A program made the translations under genes and the position numbers. A stretch of 64,000 nt of DNA from a virus: positions 25,847 to 89,846 of the IMG/VR virus record IMGVR_UViG_3300034417_000014; one strand, written 5' to 3'. The stretch's first letter is position 1. The number at the start of each line of letters is the position of its first letter. The notes beneath the pieces are model-generated. The model was given only the letters and a program-made list of their open reading frames with translations. It ran no database searches and was not told where the DNA came from. Of the stretch, positions 9,004 through 16,549 are shown piece after piece.

Positions 9004-9279
9004 ATGGCAAACCAACTGTGTCAACTAATTGATTTGTTAGGCGTGACATTGACAGACGACAGGATAGGCGTGCATGTTAGAGGTGAGCTAGACATCTACA
9101 TGTTGGTGTTGACAGACAAGGTAGAGTGGCAAGACCCTAATGACCCAACGTGTGGCAACGGTGATGGCTTGCTATACTTCACAGCTAAGGTACAGGCACG
9201 TGACTGGTCAGGCGAGCAGTATGAAGAAACACTCTTATGCGCCTACAGTCAAGAAGAAAACTTCATTTATATTAGTTGA
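9004..9279 (+). CDS. small acidic early protein
   Basis: Promoter element 8944; stop lies inside the next -35 box. Confidence 0.8.
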   Translation: MANQLCQLIDLLGVTLTDDRIGVHVRGELDIYMLVLTDKVEWQDPNDPTCGNGDGLLYFTAKVQARDWSGEQYEETLLCAYSQEENFIYIS

Positions 9280-9336
9280 CATTCCTTTCCACTTCCACTA
9301 TAATGTTTACATACTAAAGCAACGGAGCAAAGCAAA

Positions 9337-9528
9337 ATGGCAAAACTAATTACGTTACTGGTGTGTTTGGTTATGGTCATTGGTGGTGGTGGCTTTTTTG
9401 TACACTACGCTAAGGAGTGGATTGAGAAGTGGAACATGGACACTTGGGTAACTGACGTTGTGGTGCTTGGTTGTGCTGCTAACGTGTTTTTTATGGGCTT
9501 CATCCTCGCATACAGCATCTGCTACTAA
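9337..9528 (+). CDS. small membrane protein
   Basis: Promoter element 9276; two hydrophobic segments. Confidence 0.75.
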   Translation: MAKLITLLVCLVMVIGGGGFFVHYAKEWIEKWNMDTWVTDVVVLGCAANVFFMGFILAYSICY

Positions 9529-9529
9529 G

Positions 9530-9688
9530 ATGTCAACCTTAAACGTATTACTCCTGGCAGCGGCCATTGTAGTGCTAGTCTCCCGACCGGGTCTAGCACT
9601 GCTTATACTGTTCGTTATAGCGTGTATCAAATGGCCTTTACTGTTTATCATACTGCTAGTAATCCTTGTTATAGGAGCTGGCAAGTGA
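9530..9688 (+). CDS. small very hydrophobic membrane protein
   Basis: ATG directly after the previous stop; almost entirely hydrophobic. Confidence 0.55.
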   Translation: MSTLNVLLLAAAIVVLVSRPGLALLILFVIACIKWPLLFIILLVILVIGAGK

Positions 9689-9882
9689 GCATACGCTACG
9701 TCTACCACAAGGTGAAGGGTGACAGGTTTGAAGGCCCTTCCTACCAATTACTCTGTACCTACTCAGAGAAGACTTTAGCAGAAGGCGAGGCATTTGTCAA
9801 GTCTGCTAGGGAGAAGCTGAGTAAGAAGAACTCCTTCCATTCTATCGTTGTACGCAAAACCAAAGCCCCTGAACACTGGTAA
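9685..9882 (+). CDS. small basic protein
   Basis: AGGAG RBS; GTGA overlap start. Confidence 0.65.
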   Translation: MSIRYVYHKVKGDRFEGPSYQLLCTYSEKTLAEGEAFVKSAREKLSKKNSFHSIVVRKTKAPEHW

Positions 9883-9969
9883 GCAAAGGCTGTTTAAACG
9901 CTCTACGACGCCCGTACAGCAGTTCTAACCAGAGAAGTGTATCTAAGCAAGCCCCTTGGTCAAAACAGT

Positions 9970-10520
9970 CTACAGAAACGTTCTAGCCTCCAAGACCAAC
10001 CTACAGAAAAAACCTAACCTCCAAGACCAACCTACAGAAATAGGTTGACGAACCACTTTAGTTCCAGTAGAATGTTTATACAGTAAAGCAAGCGGAGTAA
10101 GGCAAATGGCTAAGTTCAAAGTAGGCGACACAGCATACTTGGGCGCAGGCGGCATTTTAGCTAGAGTGACAGACATACAGGAAGGTTGGTATAGTATGGT
10201 CGCAATGGAAGATGGCCTACGACGGAAGAAGGGAGACGCCTTCCGCTGGGAGATAGTATTGGAAGGCATGATGGTTGCTGAAGATAGATTGCCTAACCAA
10301 CCTACAGAAATAGTCTACAGGAATAACCTGACCAAGTCAACCAACCTACAGAAATAGATTGGAGGTGGAAGATTGTCTGCACAGATTGGTTGGCGAGGTT
10401 GAAATGTGTACACAGATTGGTTGACGACGGAAGAAAGAGCGTGTATATTGATTGGAGGTGGCAGATGACCTGCACAGATATTCTAACCTCCATGCCCGAC
10501 CTGCAGAAATAGATTGACTA
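9970..10520. repeat. CAACCTACAGAAA / GATTGG(A/T) repeat cluster
   Basis: CAACCTACAGAAA near 9997, 10028, 10298 and 10343; variants near 10468 and 10499; GATTGGAGGTGG twice; CACAGATTGGTTG twice. Confidence 0.75.
10106..10357 (+). CDS. small early protein (FKVGD SH3-like start)
   Basis: Promoter element 10045; GGAG RBS; 3' end runs into the repeats. Confidence 0.7.
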   Translation: MAKFKVGDTAYLGAGGILARVTDIQEGWYSMVAMEDGLRRKKGDAFRWEIVLEGMMVAEDRLPNQPTEIVYRNNLTKSTNLQK

Positions 10521-10588
10521 ACCTAGGAACCTTATGCTCTTTGTTTGTGCATTTCCTTTAGCTGCCTAGCTCTACCTACGCTTGCAGC

Positions 10589-10751
10589 ATTTTAACATCT
10601 TTCCTGCGTCCCTGCAACCAACTCCATCAACACCAACTCCATCAACACCATCAACACCAGTCTTCTTCAACCACCAGCTCTAAGAGGGCCACCAACTAGA
10701 GCTAGTTAAAAACTGTTACGCTACTATAACAGCAGCGTAACAGTATTGCAA
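10589..10751 (-). promoter_or_regulatory. two leftward sigma70-like promoters; the upstream one overlaps a terminator-like hairpin
   Basis: TTGCAG(10617-10612)-17-TAAAAT; TTGCAA(10751-10746)-17-TATAGT; 11 bp inverted repeat 10712-10722/10734-10744 followed by a T-run on the minus strand. Confidence 0.6.
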
Positions 10752-10758
10752 GCGTTAT

Positions 10759-11085
10759 TTAAAAGTTATTTAAAGTAGGTTTGCATTGCAAGTGCGCAAA
10801 CTGTACAAAATGTGCTGCATACAGCTCTTTTTGGTCGGCTTCGTCGTGGTGGACGATTGGGCTAAGCACACTACAAACACTAAACACAGTTTCAAACAGT
10901 AGGTCATATTGGTCGCTGGGTAGTTGGTCTATGTACGCTGCAAGTCCCTGGTCGTAGTGCTGCAAGTATTCTACTAGGGAGCGATCGCAAGCCCACCCGT
11001 TAGTAACGACGCTATCCCCTGCTTGCTCCGACATGTTGACAAAGTATACGCTACGTGCTATTGCTACGTTTAACAATGCGTCCAT
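10759..11085 (-). CDS. hypothetical early protein (108 aa, MDALLNV...), the only minus-strand gene in the early region
   Basis: AAGG RBS; own promoter TTGCAT(11193-11188)-16-TATAAT. Confidence 0.75.
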   Translation of the reverse strand: MDALLNVAIARSVYFVNMSEQAGDSVVTNGWACDRSLVEYLQHYDQGLAAYIDQLPSDQYDLLFETVFSVCSVLSPIVHHDEADQKELYAAHFVQFAHLQCKPTLNNF

Positions 11086-11341
11086 TTTTTTGGCCTTTTT
11101 TAAAGTAAAATTAAACAACTTTGTTATACAAAACAGCTAGTTGCTTACTGCTTTGTATGTTGTTTATTATACAGTAATGCAAAAACAATGCAAGCGTTTT
11201 TTTGCATTTTTTTGCATTTATTTTCACTTTTCTAGGGAGGCACGCATAAAAAATAAAGCAAAATAAAGTAAAATAAAACTTGCAATAAAGTGTAAACGCG
11301 CATATAATGTTTACACACAAACAGCAAAGCAGGGCCACAAA

Positions 11342-11512
11342 ATGCAAAACACAAATACGCTTAACATACAAGATTTCCAAATCGACCATTCTAAAGTCGC
11401 CTGCGCGCATAAGCAAGTAACAAAGCAAAAAAGCATTTTGCGCAAAATTATTGCTACGCACTATGCACACATTGCACCTCAATGTCAAGCGTATTTAAAA
11501 ACAATACGTTAA
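11342..11512 (+). CDS. 56 aa basic early protein, paralog of 3499-3663; absent from the ORF track
   Basis: MQNTNTLNIQDFQIDHSK...HYAHIAPQCQAYLKTIR; promoter 11280 and the same leader as 3499. Confidence 0.8.
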   Translation: MQNTNTLNIQDFQIDHSKVACAHKQVTKQKSILRKIIATHYAHIAPQCQAYLKTIR

Positions 11513-11605
11513 AAAATAAAACGCAAGTAGCGTAAAAAACTACTTGCGTTTACACTTTAGTCCCAGTATAATGCTTACACACAAACAGCAAAGCAGGGCC
11601 ACAAA

Positions 11606-12169
11606 ATGCAAAACGCACAACAAGTAGCAAACATTGTAGCAGCTCTTTTAAACAACGTGTCAACTACTTTTGCGCAAGTTAGCTATAGCACAAAAGTTGC
11701 TACAGCAGCAGCGCACAAAGCTGTAAACATACAAAAACACGTTGTCGCTAACGTGCAATTGTTTAGCAATATCAAAGCTGCAACAAGCGTTTTTACTAAT
11801 GCTGTTAAAAAAAGCGCAAGCGCAATTGCAAGCAATAATGCAGAGGACGTAGCACAATTTACTGCGCAAAGCAACTACTTTACACACACAAATTGCTATA
11901 GCATTGTACAGCATAAAACAAACAACAACTTATACTTATATTGCATATACAACAATGTGCAAAGTAGCGTATACACTATTAATAACGTAATTGCAACCAA
12001 ACAGCAAGTTGCGCAATATTTAACAGCAAGTGCAGCAAAAGCTATGCTAGAGCCTAGCACAACTGTACACAACAAAGCAAGCAATATAACGCATAACGTA
12101 ACAGTGCGTACTATTGCACTAAGCAACATTACTAGCATAACTGCAAACAAAGCGCAAGTTAATTTTTAA
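11606..12169 (+). CDS. 187 aa early protein of extreme composition (no Gly or Trp; 1 Asp, 2 Glu, 1 Pro, 1 Arg)
   Basis: Promoter 11544; AGGG RBS; long open frame. Confidence 0.85.
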   Translation: MQNAQQVANIVAALLNNVSTTFAQVSYSTKVATAAAHKAVNIQKHVVANVQLFSNIKAATSVFTNAVKKSASAIASNNAEDVAQFTAQSNYFTHTNCYSIVQHKTNNNLYLYCIYNNVQSSVYTINNVIATKQQVAQYLTASAAKAMLEPSTTVHNKASNITHNVTVRTIALSNITSITANKAQVNF

Positions 12170-12294
12170 CTGTACAAGTGTACAGCACTGTGTATACATA
12201 CAGTGCTGTGCATGTATACAGTAGTGTATGCCTATACAGTGTACGCCCATACAGCACTGTACATGTATACAGCACTGTACATGTATACAGTAGT
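12170..12294. repeat. about 7 imperfect 18 bp palindromic tandem repeats (TACAGCACTGTACATGTA)
   Basis: TACAG recurs every 18 bp (one 15 bp unit); two units identical; internal inverted symmetry. Confidence 0.9.
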
Positions 12295-12515
12295 AGCACG
12301 TAGCACACAGGAGAGGAGCTGTCAACCAGGACCTATGCGTAGCACACCAAAAACAGAAACGCAAGCAAAAAATTAAATTTAATTTGCTTGCAAAGTGGAA
12401 AAAAAGGCATTATAATATTTTTATACTAAAGTGGAGATACGGTGAGACCTGGCTAGAATCCAAAAATGGTGGAATGGCTGGGGGGTAGGCTTGCTGCGCC
12501 ACTGAAAAACCGTTT

Positions 12516-12560
12516 CCTAATCCTATAGGGCCCAATCCTAATCCTAATCCTATAGGCTAC
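12516..12560. repeat. short AATCCT / CCTAATCCTATAGG repeats next to a G6 run
   Basis: cctaatcctatagggcccaatcctaatcctaatcctatagg. Confidence 0.75.
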
Positions 12561-12634
12561 CCTTATAGCATAGCCCTGTGTCAACATTAGACTCACTGTT
12601 CTTGGTACACTGCGAAAATTTTTTACTAATTTTT

Positions 12635-12991
12635 ATGGAAACCGTGTATATGCCTCCTAACGTTAGAATGATCACATTTTATGACAAGTACTCTGAACAA
12701 CTATCAGCCAAACGTCAAGAGGCTAGAAAACTGTTCCCGCTACTGTTATCCTTACATCATATAGCATGGGCGGACCGTCCCCAGTTTCATGAACGTTTCC
12801 GGACGCACTACAGGGAAGCGGTTATTAACATTCCGGAAACTTCTGACAACGCTCCGTTTATACGCTGCAACTCAAAAGAAATTGCCTTTTTACTGTATAT
12901 GCAGTTTGGCGTAGCATTGTGGGAAGACAGTTCCTTAAACGACACGTATACGTCAGACCCCAATAATTATCAGGATGGGTCCAAGCTGTGA
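12635..12991 (+). CDS. hypothetical protein, distant member of the tandem paralog array
   Basis: C-terminal EIAFLLYMQFG resembles the array motif; start uncertain (12578, 12635 or 12650). Confidence 0.65.
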   Translation: METVYMPPNVRMITFYDKYSEQLSAKRQEARKLFPLLLSLHHIAWADRPQFHERFRTHYREAVINIPETSDNAPFIRCNSKEIAFLLYMQFGVALWEDSSLNDTYTSDPNNYQDGSKL

Positions 12992-13284
12992 AAAATTCCG
13001 CGCCACAAACCAGTGTCTATTATTATGTCACTCTCGATGGCTTAAACGACAAAGTGTTAAGAGAATTCAAGAGTTACTTTTTGGGCGTGTCTCCAATAGC
13101 GGCAGCACTAACTGTAAACTGGCAATGGCATTCTCAAGTTGAGGATGAAAATAGATATGTGCGTTATGGGAGAATTACTGTCACTGAATCTGACCGCATG
13201 TTCTTAAATTTGAAGCACGGTCTTAATGACCCTGACTTTACTAAAAAATGTGCGGGCTTACTTTACGAACGGGTGTGGTTATGA
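12988..13284 (+). CDS. tandem paralog 1
   Basis: RYVRYGRITVTESDRMFLNLK. Confidence 0.85.
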   Translation: MKNSAPQTSVYYYVTLDGLNDKVLREFKSYFLGVSPIAAALTVNWQWHSQVEDENRYVRYGRITVTESDRMFLNLKHGLNDPDFTKKCAGLLYERVWL

Positions 13285-13556
13285 AATATTTCTTTCTTAG
13301 GGCTTCTGCTAACTCCAGTAACGATTCTGAAGTGTTGCATTTTATTGAATCTGATATTTCTGGAATTACTCCAATCCATATAGAAATATCTGAAGATAGA
13401 TTCCTATCTTGGACAGAAGGATCTAATACTAGATATATTCGGTATGTTAGACTTACCTTAACTGACACCGACTTTATGTATATGTCTTTAAAAGTTGCGC
13501 AACCCGCTACTTCCCGGATTGTTTCCGGATTGCATTTTAGACCCGTAAGGAAATAA
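13281..13556 (+). CDS. tandem paralog 2
   Basis: ATGA overlap start; RYIRYVRLTLTDTDFMYMSLK. Confidence 0.85.
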   Translation: MKYFFLRASANSSNDSEVLHFIESDISGITPIHIEISEDRFLSWTEGSNTRYIRYVRLTLTDTDFMYMSLKVAQPATSRIVSGLHFRPVRK

Positions 13557-13557
13557 A

Positions 13558-13842
13558 ATGGCCCACGAATATTATGTCCGCTCTTATGTGGCTGATCCCG
13601 ATAATTTAGGAGAAGTGTTTTCCTATAAATTTGTGCAGGAAGTTATTGTGGGCATTGCTCCCCTAAAGATAGAACTGTCTAAGCCCAGGATGTTAACTGC
13701 CCACGGCACCTCCAATACTAGAAAATATGTTCGGTATGTTAAACTTACCTTAACTAACGAAGACTTTATGTTGCTCAAACTTAAAGGTAAGGAATCCGCA
13801 GATGATTTAATAATATTGGATATGGACTATTATGAAATTTGA
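13558..13842 (+). CDS. tandem paralog 3
   Basis: KYVRYVKLTLTNEDFMLLKLK. Confidence 0.85.
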   Translation: MAHEYYVRSYVADPDNLGEVFSYKFVQEVIVGIAPLKIELSKPRMLTAHGTSNTRKYVRYVKLTLTNEDFMLLKLKGKESADDLIILDMDYYEI

Positions 13843-14134
13843 ATCCCAATATTATTATATCCGCATACCATCTCGCATTGCTGAAATTGCTCCAGTTGCA
13901 GCAGTTGCGTTTAAAAAATTTAGTTCCGCCAGATGTGAGATATCCAACGAGTTTTTCCTAGCAATCCGTGATTCCTCTAGTGATGCGGCGTTTGTTAGAT
14001 ATGCCCGCATACTAGTTTCTCCCCAAGAATATATGCTGTTGACTTTGAAGAATGGCATCTGTTATAGTATAGAAAAGCCTAATAGCAATTGTGCTGGAAT
14101 AGAGTATAATGATTATTGTATAGGGGAACTATAA
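13832..14134 (+). CDS. tandem paralog 4
   Basis: FVRYARILVSPQEYMLLTLK. Confidence 0.85.
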   Translation: MKFESQYYYIRIPSRIAEIAPVAAVAFKKFSSARCEISNEFFLAIRDSSSDAAFVRYARILVSPQEYMLLTLKNGICYSIEKPNSNCAGIEYNDYCIGEL

Positions 14135-14449
14135 ATGGATAAGCCAGATCTGAAAACTTTCTGCTTTAGGGTAGTGCAAGCAGTTACTCCAGATCGAGCA
14201 TATCTAGGCAAAGTAGATTGGGTGCCCAAAATTAAAGAAGTATTGGGCGAAGTAGTTCCACTCCAATGTGAGATATCTGAAAAGGAATATAATGTCCTGA
14301 ACCAAGATTGGTCTGCGGGCTTTGCCAGATATGTTAGGTTGGTTGTTTCCGAAACTGATTATATGTTTCTAGTGCTCAAATATACTGACGAATATTCCAA
14401 AACTCCTTTTTATAATGAAGGTATTAGATACCAGAAAGTCGATTTATGA
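14135..14449 (+). CDS. tandem paralog 5
   Basis: FARYVRLVVSETDYMFLVLK. Confidence 0.85.
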   Translation: MDKPDLKTFCFRVVQAVTPDRAYLGKVDWVPKIKEVLGEVVPLQCEISEKEYNVLNQDWSAGFARYVRLVVSETDYMFLVLKYTDEYSKTPFYNEGIRYQKVDL

Positions 14450-14748
14450 AATATTACTATTGCTGTGCTTGGACTGATGTTAGTCCGGATGTCGACTTCC
14501 ATGCCTATGAAAATGTTGTTAATGTATTTATTGACTGCTTTATAGGAGACAATATTAAGCCAATAGCAGTGCAAGTTTCTGCAAAGACTTTTCCGGAAAT
14601 TGGCCGAGATTATAGATTTGCATCTTATATTAAATTTACCTTGACAGACGAAGATTATATGTATGTTAAGTTAAAGAAAGGTGACCCATATGAATCGGCA
14701 ACTGCTGTCCACAGTATGGATTTTATTGACATAGAGATTCTAGAATGA
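14446..14748 (+). CDS. tandem paralog 6
   Basis: FASYIKFTLTDEDYMYVKLK. Confidence 0.85.
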   Translation: MKYYYCCAWTDVSPDVDFHAYENVVNVFIDCFIGDNIKPIAVQVSAKTFPEIGRDYRFASYIKFTLTDEDYMYVKLKKGDPYESATAVHSMDFIDIEILE

Positions 14749-15017
14749 AAGAATATTATTGCCGCATCTCGATACCTGAGCTTAATCCGACTGTGGCCGA
14801 AGTTAAAGCCAAAGTCGAAGAAATTATTGGTCAGATAGAACCAATAACTATCCAGTTGTCCGTGGAGTATTTTTCCGAATGGGATGACCATGCGTATGCA
14901 ATGTATATTAGGTTACTGTTGCAAGATATAGATTATATGCAACTCAAACTTAAACGGGAAGATACTATTAAGTTTGCGCATTCTATTAAAACTTTGCAAT
15001 ACCGGAATTTAGAATGA
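14745..15017 (+). CDS. tandem paralog 7
   Basis: YAMYIRLLLQDIDYMQLKLK. Confidence 0.85.
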   Translation: MKEYYCRISIPELNPTVAEVKAKVEEIIGQIEPITIQLSVEYFSEWDDHAYAMYIRLLLQDIDYMQLKLKREDTIKFAHSIKTLQYRNLE

Positions 15018-15307
15018 CTATTGAATATATTAAGCCATTCCCAGGGCCTAGTCTAGATAAAGTAAGTTGCCAAATGCTTGACTTTTTTGAAGGCATTGCT
15101 TATAAAGAATTGTGGATATCTTATGCTTACCTAGACAACGACTTTAGGCCGTATTATTTTGCAACTGTTGTCCTCCAAGATGAAACTGATCTGTGCCTGT
15201 GCTTAATGAAGTTTGGCAAGGGAGAAAGCAATATGCAGTATACTGAGTTAAAGATAAGTAGAATTGACGAGGCGTGGCTAAAAGAGTACCCGTATGAACG
15301 AACCTAA
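15014..15307 (+). CDS. diverged array member
   Basis: VVLQDETDLCLCLMKFG. Confidence 0.75.
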   Translation: MTIEYIKPFPGPSLDKVSCQMLDFFEGIAYKELWISYAYLDNDFRPYYFATVVLQDETDLCLCLMKFGKGESNMQYTELKISRIDEAWLKEYPYERT

Positions 15308-15566
15308 ATTATATGCAGTGTATGTGTCTAAGGATGATGAAGCATCTTTCCAGATATTTTGTCGCGACAATATTAAATGGCGTACTGTCCATTCGACTAC
15401 TATAAATCCCCAAATGAAAGCTAGGAAGTATATTATAGAATATACCGATGCAGAAGATGCCTTCCTATTAAATTTAAGATATGGGAAGTCCCGTGTTATT
15501 AATGGGGAATTGTTAGATATGCTCAAGAGAAATTATTTCTCTAAAATTGTGTGTACTCGAGACTAA
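15294..15566 (+). CDS. diverged array member
   Basis: IEYTDAEDAFLLNLRYG. Confidence 0.75.
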   Translation: MNEPKLYAVYVSKDDEASFQIFCRDNIKWRTVHSTTINPQMKARKYIIEYTDAEDAFLLNLRYGKSRVINGELLDMLKRNYFSKIVCTRD

Positions 15567-15570
15567 ACTT

Positions 15571-15762
15571 ATGTCTAAAGCTAAAAGGAGATTTGAGATA
15601 CCTACTGTGAAAGAAGAAGAGTTCTCAGAGTATCTCGAGTTGATTTTGCCCAAAGCCAAAGTATATAGATTCTGGGATCCAGGTAAAGATAATATTATGT
15701 ACTATGTCTCAGACGATGACGAGATGGGTTTACTTGCCCTAAGATTAAAATATGACAAATAA
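15571..15762 (+). CDS. diverged array member
   Basis: LPKAKVY...DDDEMGLLALRLKY. Confidence 0.7.
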   Translation: MSKAKRRFEIPTVKEEEFSEYLELILPKAKVYRFWDPGKDNIMYYVSDDDEMGLLALRLKYDK

Positions 15763-15991
15763 TATTATTATGAATTCTTGGAAGCACCGAATGCAGTTTG
15801 TGTTTCCGTTTGGATCTAGTCAGGGTCAGGGCGATGCCATTGCCTTTAACGAGTATGTAAAAGCTACTTTTCCCAAAGCTAAAATTTATTACGACGGCAT
15901 TTTTGAATTTACTGTTGTCATGGATAATGACCATGACGCACTTGTACTAGGTATAAAATATGGACACAGAAAAAAGACTCAGAATTATTAA
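15752..15991 (+). CDS. diverged array member
   Basis: FPKAKIY...DNDHDALVLGIKYG. Confidence 0.75.
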   Translation: MTNNIIMNSWKHRMQFVFPFGSSQGQGDAIAFNEYVKATFPKAKIYYDGIFEFTVVMDNDHDALVLGIKYGHRKKTQNY

Positions 15992-16232
15992 AGTTGAAAC
16001 CAGGAATGAGTATTGGTCTGCGACTGGGTTTCTCCAATCCCTAATAGGGGATGCTGACTATAACTTTGTATTCTCAGACCACTATGAAAGAGAATGCCAA
16101 AAAGAGTCGTATTATATGGTTTCTGGATATCCGCATTCCGACGGCGCTTTAATTATAGTGCAGTCTTCTGACGATGATATTATGGAGCAAATTGACGAAA
16201 GGTTTGATCCTAAACTTCCCAGGTTTCTTTAA
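15960..16232 (+). CDS. small hypothetical protein, paralog of 16232-16498
   Basis: LRIIKV..RNEYW....LQSLIG versus IRIIRA..NAEFW....VQKIIG. Confidence 0.75.
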   Translation: MDTEKRLRIIKVETRNEYWSATGFLQSLIGDADYNFVFSDHYERECQKESYYMVSGYPHSDGALIIVQSSDDDIMEQIDERFDPKLPRFL

Positions 16233-16498
16233 TGAGTATTATAGGTATGTCCCCAAAGAAAGAAGAAATTAGAATTATTAGAGCAGATGGCAATGCTGAG
16301 TTCTGGCAGATTATTGGGAAAGTGCAAAAGATTATCGGTAGTTATCCATGGAAGGAAGCTATGTATTGCATAACTAAATCCCCAGCAGGCCAGACTGAGC
16401 TAGGATTGATTATGGTTATCTCATCTAATAAGAATGTTATATTGGCTGTTGATCTCCAATTTAATAGAATAATATGCCCAAGTAATGAGCTATATTGA
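16232..16498 (+). CDS. small hypothetical protein, paralog of 15960-16232
   Basis: TAATG overlap; shared N- and C-terminal patterns. Confidence 0.75.
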   Translation: MSIIGMSPKKEEIRIIRADGNAEFWQIIGKVQKIIGSYPWKEAMYCITKSPAGQTELGLIMVISSNKNVILAVDLQFNRIICPSNELY

Positions 16499-16516
16499 AA
16501 ACCGCTGGGGCGCGCT

Positions 16517-16549
16517 GAAAGAGAGGTGGTTCCGGCCCACCCCTTTTTC
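16517..16549. terminator. probable bidirectional terminator between convergent genes
   Basis: gaaagagaggtgg...ccacccctttttc imperfect stem with a T-run. Confidence 0.55.

Larger units (their letters stand above)
146..12416 (+). repeat. Dispersed array of about 27 early promoter/stem-loop/RBS elements, consensus GTGG-T(T/A)GACA or TTGC(T/A/G)N - 17 bp - TATAAT-GTTTACA(C/T)ACTAAA...CGGAG...ATG
   Basis: -35 boxes start at 146, 1107 (weak), 1569, 2404, 3123, 3437, 3693, 3952, 4412, 4683, 5142, 5424, 6170, 6525, 6765, 7053, 7329, 7830, 8202, 8414, 8690, 8944, 9276, 10045, 11280, 11544 and 12388. Each has a 17 bp spacer, and most share a conserved downstream leader. Confidence 0.95.

Noticed and set aside
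10532-10552. Minigene MHKQRA downstream of the leftward promoter at 10617
   Set aside because: The RBS-to-ATG spacing is too short, and a 6-codon frame is expected by chance
2956-10678. E. coli Chi sites (GCTGGTGG on minus at 2956-2963 and 10671-10678, on plus at 4577-4584)
   Set aside because: Too few to distinguish from chance, host unknown, and orientations inconsistent
12170-12294. Mini-CRISPR, or a Cys-rich ORF (12119-12364, minus strand)
   Set aside because: Units are contiguous 18-mers without unique spacers; the CIHVQC peptide repeat is a by-product of the DNA repeat and has no RBS
146-12416. CRISPR array (regular repeats separated by unique sequence)
   Set aside because: The repeats are promoter/RBS elements, the intervening segments are 200-1200 bp and protein-coding, and there are no cas genes in the window
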